The notes under the pieces are model-generated. The model made no database searches. It saw only the letters and a program-made list of their open reading frames with translations, and had not been told where the DNA came from. Positions 1 through 10,799 of a stretch of 64,000 bases of DNA are shown piece after piece; position 1 is the first letter of the stretch, and each line of letters begins with the position of its first letter. Position numbers and translations under genes: made by a program. The stretch is taken from the NCBI RefSeq assembly GCF_022045235.1, contig NW_027266343.1, positions 8,122,001-8,186,000 on the forward strand, read 5' to 3'. The stretch comes from Haliotis cracherodii. Lineage: Eukaryota.

Positions 1-299
1 CCATATCATGGTCTAAGCATTTTTCGCATGTGCGGAGTTCATAAAAAACCACTTTGGTTTGTTTTGATGAGATTTCGCCATGACACGCTTAAAAGAAAAT
101 GTCCGGTAGTAATCTTGAACCCGGTACCTCGCAGCGTGACGTCGCACGTCAACTCAACGTCCACAGGAACATTATATAGCACTGATGGCGACGTTATTAA
201 CAGAAAAACTCGTGAGAGACCGTCACGGTAGTTGCCGCTAACCCATGAGAACCCCTCGCCATCAAGACATACGGATTTGAACCACGCATCTTCGACACG

Positions 300-855
300 G
301 GATAGCCCATCTTACCGAGGCAAGAGAGTAAACTGACTATAAATGTCCAGTTTCCACCCTTGCCGAACTAGGCTGGTATAATGGAGTTACATTTTGTCTG
401 GACTAACGAGTCTATGCATAGTCCAATCAAAATCGCGCACCAAAATCAATATCCGGTTTGTAAACTGTCGTGCAGATTTCGATCAGGATTTACAAAGCAT
501 GTGCACCGCCAACTCGTTGTCAGCAGATATTTTCCAAATCTTTTCAAGTTTTTAATCAAGGTGTTCACGTGATTTGATGCATTTCGCGATGTAAGACCCG
601 TTTTATCACAATATAGATCTTGATTATCGATCAGATCGTCCTGACTGAGCGCCACCATTTTGTTTGAAGCAAACGCTAGTGATACGAGAGGTGGAATCCG
701 ATTGGTCCATAGGAGAGGCTTAGAAGGGACATAATTGGTAATAGCCACTGGTGGCGCAACGATCGAGCCCAGTAATTTCAGCCTAGTTCGGAAAGAGTGG
801 AAACTGGACTTTTAAAGTCAGTTAGCTCCCTGGCCTCGGGAAGATGGGGATAGTC
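300..855. mobile_element. Non-autonomous inverted-repeat element (MITE-like)
   Basis: Imperfect ~75-bp inverted repeats at ~300-375 (cccatcttaccgaggc...tccagtttccac...ccgaactaggctg) and ~779-855. No coding capacity. Confidence 0.6.
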
Positions 856-1188
856 CGACGACGTCTACGCATCTACAGGCGCCCTTGTGTGCGAGGCGCC
901 TGGTAAGACGGCCAATTTTGTCCACAAAACATCAACGTCGAGGGCTAAAGTGGTGCTAACAACACGTGGACAGCACGTCAATGGAGCAGGACCCTCATCA
1001 CTGGTGAGTCACGCCTCTTACTGCTACTGAGTGTGAACGTGCTCGTGTGACGTGATATTCTGTGAGTATCTCTACTACATTAACTTATTTGTAATCAAAG
1101 AATATTCAGTGTAAGTGAAGGATCGAACGGTATTTTGATACATATTTTGCAATATGTTGCGGCATATGATTTGGGTGTATGGTCATAC

Positions 1189-1746
1189 ATGTAATCGTGG
1201 AACGTTGACACGTCGTGCAACAGCGATTGGTAGACAGTGCATCAACAATCACTAATATTCATCTTAAGCCTCTATAAAGCACAAAGTTTTATTTTGATCC
1301 GGGAAATTCGTCACTGACACTATAACACATTCAACATTTTGCACCTCTTGGTCCACATATTTTGCTTTCATAACCCGAAATATCCGTTTTGCGTTTCCTT
1401 TTTTGAAAAGTATATGTGTAATAATGGAACGTGGACAAGTCGTGCAACAGCGAATGGTAGACAGTGCATCAACACTCACTAATATTCATCTTAAGCCTCT
1501 GTAAAGCACAAAGTTTCATTTTGATCCGGGAAATTCGTCACTGACACTATAACACATTAAAACCTCTTCATTTTGTCACCTGTTGGTCCATATATTTTGC
1601 ATTTATGACCCGAAATATCCGTTTTGCGTTTCCTTTTTTGAAAAGTATATATGTAATAGTGGAACGTGGACAAGTCGTACAACAACGATTGGTAGACAGT
1701 GCATAAACACTCACTATTATTCATCTTAGGCCTCTATAAAGCACAA
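1189..1746. repeat. Tandem repeat, ~230-bp unit x ~2.4
   Basis: tggaacgt(g/t)gacaagtcgtgcaacagcga...ggtagacagtgcat recurs at ~1199, ~1425 and ~1660. Confidence 0.85.
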
Positions 1747-1765
1747 TCCCGATCCTGTGAGAATA

Positions 1766-1936
1766 GGGGCGGTGGGGTAGCCAAGTGGTTAAAGCGTTCG
1801 CTCGTCACGCCGAAGACCCGGGTTCGATTCCCGACATGAGTACAATGCGTGAAGCCCATTTCTGGTGTCCCCCGCCATGATATTGCTGGAATATTGCTAA
1901 AAGCGGCGTAAAACCATACTCACTCACTCACTCACT
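1766..1936 (+). mobile_element. tRNA-derived SINE, family A
   Basis: A box (tagccaagtgg), B box (ggttcgattcc), (ctca)n tail and TSD tgagaata. Confidence 0.9.
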
Positions 1937-2153
1937 GAGAATATTTACACAATTTTGAAGGATGATGATGGAAACGATCAAAAGCATGAAGTAGGAATAT
2001 AGCCTTGTGGTGGATATCTCGACACCAGATCAGAACGTTACTGTTGACGGCGATCAGATAACAGAAACAAAGACACAAATTATTCTGTATTTAATAATTC
2101 ATATTTATTGAAACATGACGGTCATCAATTGGATATTCACCTGGTCCATAACA

Positions 2154-3548
2154 TCATACTGTTATTGTTTGTGAGCCAGAACCGATGTCCACAATCCTTG
2201 CGCGTCTTTCGAGAGATATCCGTTTGCCTCCGGGACGGATGACGTCACAATGGACTGAGTTTTGCAATGTGAGCTTGCCAGTCAAGATGGATACTTCAAT
2301 GTCCGCTTGGCAAGATGCAATTTCAGAAAAGGTCTCGGGGTCATAGGTGATGGTGCAAACTGTTGGAAGATCGAGGAATACTGCCCTGAGAGACCAACTT
2401 CCGTGATAAATTCTCATGATGCTTCCAGGAACATATGCCTCGTCCGTGCATGTGACTTGTACAGATCCAGGGCAACCCTTGACGGCGATAATGGGATCTG
2501 GTTTCAGTATTGGCTCGGCTGATGCATCTGTAAGTAAATCCAAAGGATTATTAACTCAAAGTAAAAACACGTAAATGTTGGACACAAATAAGCATTACCG
2601 TAGTTTCGGTGCATCTTTCTTGCTTGCTTCAATAGCTAATGTCCACATGGATACAATGTGTGAAGCCCACGCCGTGATATTGCTGAAATATTGCTCAAAT
2701 ATTCCCCTGTGTGCCGAGGATGAGAACACTTACTTTTAAGAACGTACACGTTATATCATAGCTAGCTTCAATAGCTAATGTCATCTAAAAGTGACAAGTG
2801 AAGTGGAAATATTCCCCTGCGTGCCGAGGATGGTGAGAACACTTACTTTTAAGAACGTACACGTCGAGGAGGTGGTACTGATCTGTGCTTCCTGTACCAA
2901 TAACATGACAGAGGTAATATCCAGAAAGACCATTTGTGATGTTCTTGACTGTAGCAGTAGCCTCCACAGAACTGTCTTCAGGAATCTGGGGAATCACTGG
3001 ACCTTGTTGTCTCCCAAGCCCTTGTTCTCTTGACCACATGGATTGCTCAAAGCAGGGGTTCGTGAAGAAGTAGCGTCCACAGGACAGGAATGTCCACTTC
3101 ACTCTGTCATACTGCTCGCCCGGATGTAGAGTAACCGGGCACGTGAGTGTGACGTCATCACCGGATGTGAAGGAAAGTCTTGACTGCTCTATTGAGAGTA
3201 AATGATTGAACGAAGAGATAATTAATGGAATTTGGAATCTAAAGCTGGAATGTAAATTTTGACTGGTCAAACTATTCTTGTCCAGATTACCAATATGAAG
3301 CATGAATGAACTTACTGACCTTCACAAAATCAAGCAAAAGACAACACACTTGCCAGCCAGTGACCTCACATGATTAGAATCATTAGCATTTAAGTCTAGC
3401 TCAATGTAATATTTAAGATATTTTTGCTGAGTCCTATGTTAAGAGTATATACTGAATAGTACGCACCGTAAGAGTCTGGCAGGAAACTCAACTGTTCCGT
3501 GACCATGGGCAGACACAGGAGAACGACGGCCAGTCCAGTGAGGGTCAT
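2154..3548 (-). CDS. Secreted two-Ig-domain protein, copy 1 (265 aa); exons 3467-3548, 2847-3188, 2154-2527
   Basis: ATG at 3548 starts a hydrophobic leader, MTLTGLAVVLLCLPMVTEQLSFLPDSY. Splice sites: donor G|GTGCGT at 3466, acceptor tcaatAG at 3189, donor A|GTAAGT at 2846, acceptor ttacAG at 2528. Both introns are phase 1 and the frame is open to TGA at 2154. D1 has an Ig V-like pattern: VTLTC, W at C+15, TVKNITNGLSGYYLC. D2 has VQVTC-66aa-C. AATAAA lies at 2104-2109. Confidence 0.85.
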
Positions 3549-3981
3549 CTTGGATTTGCTGAAGTGTCCCACCGTCTTGTGTTTAAATCCCCTCCTTGTA
3601 TTTACATGACACACTGACCTATCTTCAAAACAAATATATTTGCCCTAATCACCGTCACACCATGGTAAGTAACTATAACACTCCTTGGGTAAATCGTTAA
3701 ACGTTTTAAAGTAGGTGCAATGGGGTTATACCTATTGCTACCTTTGGCATACCAGAAACTTAAGACTGTAAGCACGAAACCCAGATTCGCCTGGATTATG
3801 TTTCTAGGTTTTTCAGCAGCATACCAGTGCTCGTGGGTTTCACCAAACTTTATTTTTAAAAATAAGACCTATATAATGGCTAAGGCTTCTTCATGTGTCA
3901 CTAAACCTTTTTGGTCACACTGTGGTCATCTTCCTCTTTCTATAAAATATAGACGGTTTTTAACGCTGTGATATAACTGAA

Positions 3982-4327
3982 GGTGAGGTGAAATGGGGTT
4001 TAACGTCGCGTCCAAGATTATTGCACTTATATAGCGACGTGCATCTACGTGTGTGTGTTTGTGTGTGTGTGTGTGGCTGCTTGTACTAGTCCGGACATAT
4101 GCCGATTTATAGTGCTGGCTCACTGAGATACCATGCCGCAGTTTAACATGACACAGTACTGACTCCTATCCGACCAGTCCTTGTTTTAGCCCCTTAATGC
4201 CGAGCGCAAGAGAGGGTAACAACAAGTACCATCTTTTAACGTCTTTTGGTATGACGCGGCTGGGGATCGAACCCCGAACCTTCCGCTCTCCGGGCGGACG
4301 CTGTACCATTAGACCACGGAGGCGGTC
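3982..4327 (-). mobile_element. tRNA-derived SINE, family B (also at 13550-13895; internally deleted at 22936-23094)
   Basis: A and B boxes at the right end, internal (ca)n, (cacct)n tail and a perfect 14-bp TSD gtgatataactgaa (3968-3981 / 4328-4341). Confidence 0.9.
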
Positions 4328-4870
4328 GTGATATAACTGAAATAGTGTTCCTAGTGGCAATCAGCCACACTTCTCACGCACTCGTGCACTTCAGACATGA
4401 TCATGTGAAGGGTTCATCTCTTTTGCCACGAGGAATCTATTTGTGCCAAGGTCATTACCGACCATTTGCTGCTTATGAAAACGTCTTTTTATTACGAACG
4501 CCCAAGCGCTTTACTTACTTTTACAAACATTTTTCGCTTACATAATTGTAAGAATGGCGGGTGCTGTCGGCAGGGCAGGACATGCTTACCCTTTTCGCAA
4601 ACACCTAGTCTCATCACTGATTTTCAGTGGTCCATTCATATAATTGCCACAGATATTTGCCCTTTATGCCAAGTGGAATGTGTTCGGCAGTAAATCTAGG
4701 CTGGATATTCTCTTGCATTGACAATTTATATTTACTTGATGCCCCACACTTTGATAATGTCATCTCACTATTCCTGTAGATGGACCATTTTCTGTCAACA
4801 CTGTTGCAACAGTGACCATCTCTCACGACACATGTCCAGTATCATGGTAGTGTATGGTCCATGTGGGCCA

Positions 4871-5135
4871 GACAGCGAAGATCCGGGTAGATAATAGGTC
4901 TTCGCAACCCATGCTAGCTTAAGAGGCGACTATACTTGTCGTAAGAGGCGACTAACGGGATCGGGTGGTCAGGCTGGCTGACTTGGTTGATGCATGTCAT
5001 TGTATCATAATTGCGTAGATCGATCCTCATGATGTCAATGACAGGATTGTCTGGTCCAGATTCGATTATTTACAGACCGCCGCCATATAGCTGGAAAATT
5101 GTTGAGTGTAACGTTCAACAAACAACAAACTAACA
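4871..5135 (+). mobile_element. SINE-like retroposon, family C (non-tRNA head); paralogous copies at 14443-14708 and 23642-23908
   Basis: Matches dispersed copies at ~55156, ~56108, 63095 and ~63385. It has a (caaa)n tail and no recognisable A/B boxes. Confidence 0.8.
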
Positions 5136-5240
5136 ATCTAACGTCCAAGGACAAAGTGAAACCGCATTAACACAACTTGAAGATTTGATTGTAACTGTAT
5201 GGTTCTGGTAGTGGACGCATGGATGAGTTAAACCAAAATA

Positions 5241-7277
5241 TACTCTTAAAAAAGAAGAAGCGCACAGGTAGATTTTAGTAAATTTATTGTACCTAATAAA
5301 GTCGATATATTTAACTTAATATCATAGATACAAATATGAAATTTTGGAGCTCGATAGTCACATGTTTTCGTTGTATATAGATAATTTATGTGCTCTTCTT
5401 TTTGCTGATGATGTTTCTGCTCTCTCAGATAGTTGTGCCCAGTTTCAAAAGAAAATTAATGCTTTGGAAATATTTTGTAATAAAACAGGCATGCAAATTA
5501 ACTTTAAAAAAACAAAAGTAATTGTATTTAGGCAAGGTGGTCATCTTCGCAGTTATGAAAAGTGGTTTTATCATGGTGAACCTATTGAAACTGTTTCAAG
5601 CTATAGATATCTTGGCTTAATGTTTACACCTAAGCTTGTATGGAGTAAGGCACAAACTACTCTAGCATCCCAAGCCACCAAAACAATTTTAGCCATTAAC
5701 TCTTTTCGAAGGAAAATTGGTAATATCACTTGTACAGATCTGTTTAAGGTTTTTGATTCTATGGTCACCCCCATCTTAACCTATGGCTCTGAAATTTGGT
5801 GGACTTGCTATTGTAAAAAAATCGAATCTGTCCAAATCACCTCTTGTAAGCATTATTTAAAAGTAAACAAATCAACCTGCTCAAATATGGTTTTAGGGGA
5901 ATGTGGGAGGTTTCCTTTACAACTCACTTACATGACTAAAGTAATTAAATATTGGTGCAGGCTCTTACATCTTCAACCCCACAGATTACCTTCCCAATGC
6001 TATTTAATGCTTAAATCTTTAGATGATGTTGGGCGGGTAACTTGGGCGACTAAAGTTAGAAATATTTTATTCCAATTTGGGTTTGGATTTTGTATGGCTC
6101 AATCAACAGGTGGGTGACTCTAAAGCTTTTATTCTCCATTTTAAGCAAAGGCTCAAAGATAATTTACAGCAATTCTGGAGTGCTTCTGTAAACTCTTCTC
6201 CAAAATGTGATCTTTATAAGCATTTTAAATCCATGTTAAATGTTGAAAGGTACTTGTCATGTCCACTCCCTACCCATTTAAGTATTGCTGTTACTAAATT
6301 CAGATGTTCAAATTTTAAAATAGCTTTAGAAACTGGCAGATATAGTAAAACAGACCGTTCACTCAGATTCTGTAACTATTGTAGTAGTAAGGGAGTTAAT
6401 GTCATTGAGGATGAATTCCATGTACTCTTTTATTGTAATTTATATTCTGCCCTAAGACAAAAATACCTTGTTAATCTTCCTATGCCTACTCATTACAGTA
6501 ATTCTCATGTGATAAATATTCTTAGTAATTATAATGAGCAAACATTATTTCTAGTTTGTAAATTCTTATATTATGCTCACAAAATAATTAATGATAAATT
6601 CTGTGCCCTGTAAATGTCATGCTCACATGTCTGTATTTTGGGCCATTGGCCTTTTACTGAATAAACATGTCTGTCTGTCTGTCTGTCTGTTTTCGTTGTA
6701 CAAAGGCATTGAAAACTGTTCATTGTCATGTTACGTAAAGCCACAAGGTAGGTGGACCAGTCGAATGTAGCGATCCTGTGCAGGGGTGGTAACTCTTGGT
6801 CGGCCGGTTCTCGGACGGTCTGCAGTGGAATTGAACTGTGTGTATCGGTCACAAAGTCGACAAATAGTGCCATGGTGGACGTTGAAGTGGCGTGCAACAG
6901 AAGACCACTGTTCCCCTCTTTGGATACGTCCTATGACGATGTTCCGATCGGCAGCGCTGTGTCTCGGCATTTTCGAACTTGAAAAATGTTGACAGCTGAC
7001 TGACAAATTATTGGCTTATGCTTTCTTTTTTATCGCCACTACCATGAGTTACGAATGCGATAACTTGCACGTGCATTTTGCTTTACTGTTTTCCTCCATG
7101 ACATTTTTCAACAAGTGTGAAAACAATGCCGTTTAAAACGTTGCAAATCGACACCTTTGTCGAATTTTAGGCAACCAACAATGTTCAATAACATATATCC
7201 AATTTATATACCGGATTTTTTTGTAGCCAGGTTCAATGAACTGCATACTACCTGTGCGTTTCTTTTTTTGAAGAGTG
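5241..7277 (-). mobile_element. Internally deleted Tc1/mariner transposon (also 14813-16835 and 24012-26024)
   Basis: ~30-bp TIRs ((t/c)actctt(a/c)aaaaaag..gcgcacaggtag) flanked by TA. The minus-strand ORF at 6731-6970 encodes a Tc1 N-terminal HTH with a GRPR motif (DRPRTGRPRVTTPAQDRYIRL). Confidence 0.88.
5376..6687 (+). mobile_element. 5'-truncated, frameshifted LINE (reverse transcriptase C-terminal half; RTE-X/CR1-group-like) nested in the Tc1 element
   Basis: LLFADD RT motif, YRYLG, and a C-terminal CxxC...EDEFH...C motif. It ends in AATAAA plus a (gtct)n tail, has a 13-bp TSD tgttttcgttgta (5363-5375 / 6688-6700), and a frameshift near 6085. Clade assignment is from memory. Confidence 0.9.
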
Positions 7278-7289
7278 TATGCTAAAGCA

Positions 7290-7530
7290 TATTGTTGTTT
7301 CCCTGCCTGGCGCATCCGGGTGATAAAACAAGGGGATTTGCTAGGAGTCAGTATATTGTGTCTGAGTGGGGTATTCATGTTAAACTGCAGCTAGGTATCT
7401 CAGTAGGCTAGCACTATAAAACCGGCATTAGTCCGGACTAATACAAACAGCCACATACGTGCATGCATGTCACTAAAAAGTGCAATAATATTGAACGCGA
7501 CGTTAAACCCCATTTCACCCCACCTCGCCC
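7290..7530 (+). mobile_element. Older 5'-truncated family B SINE (also ~16845-17090 and ~26035-26280)
   Basis: Diverged match to the body and tail of family B. Confidence 0.7.
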
Positions 7531-7940
7531 TATAGGGTTAAGTTTAGTCGACTCTACGTTTGTCTCTGCAGTCTGATATATTTCAATGGGTCGAAGTACT
7601 TAGATGTGTCATTGTAGGTAATAAGAACCCGGATTTATTCTTTCTTTCTGATCAAATGATATAAATAAGATCAATTGCTACTTTCAGCAGTAATATTTGA
7701 TTGGACATATCTTTCTTTTGGATTGATGAATAGCAGCACCAACCAATGCTTATGCAGAAAATCAGTTTATATTTTCCTTAAAAAGGATGGACATGAGTGC
7801 AATTTACTCTTGAACAATATACCACATTTTAGTATAACTGTGTCATTATAAAACCATTTTATAACAAAAGTAAGAGCGTTATTTGTATGACTTAAACATT
7901 AAAGCTGATAAAAGGTTTGCGTCAAACGAAGATCAACTGA

Positions 7941-8113
7941 GTGAGTGAGTGAGTCAGTGAGTATGGTTTTAAGCCGCTTTTAGCAATATTCCAGCAATAT
8001 CATGGCGGGGGACACCAGAAATGGGCTTCACACATTGTACCCATGTCGGGAATCGAACCCGGGTCTTCGGCGTGACGAGCGAACGCTTTAACCACTAGGC
8101 TACCTGACCGCCC
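7941..8113 (-). mobile_element. Family A SINE present only in unit 1
   Basis: A/B boxes, (tgag)n tail and TSD aagatca(a/g)ctga. Empty sites are at ~17490 and ~26680. Confidence 0.9.
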
Positions 8114-8719
8114 AAGATCAGCTGAATGAGAACGCATGTTGTAAATTATGCAACGAACGATTCCATGTGCATGTAATGGCACACTTAACTTTGGAGAGAT
8201 CTTGTGTCAACAACGTCTCTGTGATGTCGTTACCAACATGCCAAGACCTTAGAAAGCTCGCAATCACCTCACATATCCAATTAGTCGGGTGAGTGTCATC
8301 TTGGATGTGCCCTGATCCCGAGATGTTTGACCTTTGACTATTTACACAGCTCATGCCCATCTTCAGCATAGCTTAGCTTACCCTCTCGGGTAAGGTATTG
8401 GACGTTAATGAAACTAACCTCAACAAAGTTTTATTCCTTTGAACTCATACGGTCGATATATCAAGATACGTACCAACTCAACTTTCCGATGTGCTTCCTA
8501 TCACTGCCAGAAAATGCTGGGAAATACTCAGCCGAAATTACTATGCCTAAAAAGAAGGGGGTAGTGGGAATCATTGAGACATATCTTCTGATCTATATGG
8601 CATTGGCAAATGGAAATGATATGATCATATGGGCTGGGGAGGAGACAATCACATCTAATGGTTGGTATGATGAGATGGTGGCGCAATGTGTTGTTACAGA
8701 GGTCGTTGGTCAAATTCGA

Positions 8720-9230
8720 AATTTGCATTTTGCAGCCAACGTAACTAATATGTTTTTCAGACATGCGTGAATTCTTTGGAGCATGCCTCTTATGAGTCGA
8801 CCAATGTCAGCTTGAATCATGCTGTTCCACTCATCAGTGAGAACAACACCAAGTTTATTGAGAGTGGTGGATGGATTTTGACGTTGACGTACACGTCTGC
8901 CATTGATGTCCAGACGTGTTCAATGAGGTAAAGGTCAGGACAGAGTACTAGCCATGGCATGACATGGATGTTTTGCTGTTGGAGGTATTGGGTAACAAGC
9001 CTCTTACAGCAGTTGCCTGTTGCAACTGATCCCTTATCTAAATGTCAGTTTGCAATCTGTCCTGGGCTGGAGTTGGTTCCCCTGGGCGTCCAGATCGGCG
9101 TCGATCTGCTGACGACAGAATGAATCACACATGAAGCGATTGGGCAATATATTCTGACGTGTGTCCACCTGCAACATGCCTATTGCACGTAAACGTTCAG
9201 CACTTGCACACGACGCAGGATCAATGCTAT
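8720..9230 (-). mobile_element. Second, decayed Tc1-like transposase relic (also ~18090-18630 and ~27275-27810; partial at ~33912-34135 and ~39165-39390)
   Basis: Fragments RRSGRP..TPAQD..IR, W...PDL..IEH and L.DEWNS..QADI..LI..M..R..AC occur in broken frames. Confidence 0.7.
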
Positions 9231-9438
9231 TTGTTCCATAATAATTAAATGTGTTAAAGTGTCTCCGAGGGTTTGGTTCCAAGAAAACAATATGCGTCTA
9301 CTCATACCCAAATATGAGTGACAACGGTAAATCAGGCCCATGCACGTGCTGTCCGAGGTCACGTTCTTTATGACTGTCACGATGTTGTGTTTGGGGGCTT
9401 GATTTCTTGGAAAATATTCCTGCCACATAAATCACTTA

Positions 9439-9613
9439 CTGTAAACTAACGGTTATAACGAACTCGCTTATAACGAACTGACGGATATAACGAACTTCCT
9501 TTTTGGTCCCGACTACTTGCCGTAGTCATGCTGTATATGTACTTATAACGAACTAGGTAATAACGAACTAAAATTAGTAGTCCCTTTGAGTTCGTTATAA
9601 CCGTACGTTACTG
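9439..9613. mobile_element. 175-bp MITE, pogo/Tigger-like ends (also 18844-19018 and 28025-28199)
   Basis: TIR cagtaaa..acggttataacgaac, TA flanks and internal tataacgaac repeats. Confidence 0.85.
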
Positions 9614-10051
9614 TACTTTCATTGCCAGACATTGGTGTATTTACCTGTAGTTTCACCTCTTAACAAATCAACCCTATGTGGTTGTGCATGGTTTGTGAAA
9701 CTGATGCAAGTCCTACTAACCTGGACAGAGGAAAGACAAAAGATCGGATCCATCATACACGCAAAAGCCATTTCAAAATGAAAGCACGAACTTTATATTG
9801 TCAGAGTGAGCAGGATTCGGCTAATATCTCTGAATGCTTATTTGTATTAAAAATTGATCAAGGTAACTGAAGGGTCAAACAGTATTTTGATCAATATTTT
9901 ACAATATGTCTGGTCATAATGTCATTATAAATAATCCGGGAAAAGTGAACCAGTGATTGCACAACAATTTTAAAAAATGCATAAGAAATAGTCAAATTCA
10001 TTTAGGCCTATGTAAATCTTTTTTTACCTGCAATATTCATAATATGCAGTA

Positions 10052-10460
10052 TTTTGCATCACGGACGTGGTTTGTTTCATGTTTGTTGCATCACGGACGT
10101 GGTTTGTTTCATGTTTGTTTTGCATCACGGACGTGGTTTGTTTCATGTTTGTTTTGCATCACGGACGTGGTTTGTTTCATGTTTGTTGCATCACGGACCT
10201 GGTTTGTTTCATGTTTGTTTTGCATCACGGACGTGGTTTGTTTCATGTTTGTTTTGCATCACCGGACGTGGTTTGTTTCATGTTTGTTTTGCATCACGGA
10301 CGTGGTTTGTTTCATGTTTGTTTTGCATCATGGACGTGGCCTGTTTCGTGTTTGTTTTGCATCACGGACGTGGTCTGTTTCATGTTTGTTTTGCATCACG
10401 GACGTGGTCTGTTTCATGTTTGTTTTGCATCACGGACGTGGTTTATTTCATGTTTTTGTT
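10052..10460. repeat. 34/32-bp minisatellite, ~12 copies (also ~19456-19830 with ~11 copies and ~28638-29045 with ~12 copies)
   Basis: Unit catcacggacgtggtttgtttcatgtttg(tt)ttg. Confidence 0.95.
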
Positions 10461-10799
10461 TGTTCCGTAATCATTGTGTTGTAAGACTTGGTTTTGCATT
10501 TAATTTTCATCATGTCTTATGGTATGATGGTAGGACGCCAAATAACTTCACCATGGCTTCGATTTCAGATCGTGCTTGCCCATTTACACAATTTCGAAGT
10601 TTGATGAAAGACTAATCACTATCATGTAGGTGGTAATTTAGCCACATGGTTGATATCCCTGGACGCCAAATCAGCAATTTGCTGTTGATTGATCAGAAAG
10701 GGGAAACAAAAACACAAATTATTCTGCAATTTTTTTAATGATGCATCTATATATTGAAACATGTCAGATATCAAGCAGATATTCACCTGGTCCATGATA

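Noticed and set aside
1766-1840. tRNA gene (and similar heads elsewhere)
   Set aside because: The head continues into a SINE body and tail with a TSD, so these are retroposon heads and not tRNA genes.
2154-2159. GTATGA as a splice donor to a further TM/effector exon
   Set aside because: It is present only in copy 1. Copies 2-4 have ATATGA at the same place, and AATAAA follows 45 nt later, which favours a true stop.
2785-3303. The 172-aa, 129-aa and 72-aa ORFs as separate single-exon genes
   Set aside because: Their N- and C-terminal extensions are intron read-through; the splice sites join them into one gene.
3575-3640. Promoter call (TTTAAA and forkhead-like TGTAAATA upstream of the ATG)
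   Set aside because: The motifs are short and common in AT-rich DNA, conservation between copies only reflects recent duplication, and there is no TSS evidence.
10052-10460. CRISPR-like regular ~34-bp repeats (also the 42-bp array at 53125-54037)
   Set aside because: The units are contiguous with no unique spacers, there are no cas genes, and the context is eukaryotic.
9957-10615. Long overlapping ORFs (HHGRGLFHVCF...) and their paralogues near 19.4 and 28.6 kb
   Set aside because: They are translations of a stop-free 34-bp minisatellite in all three frames, not a gene.
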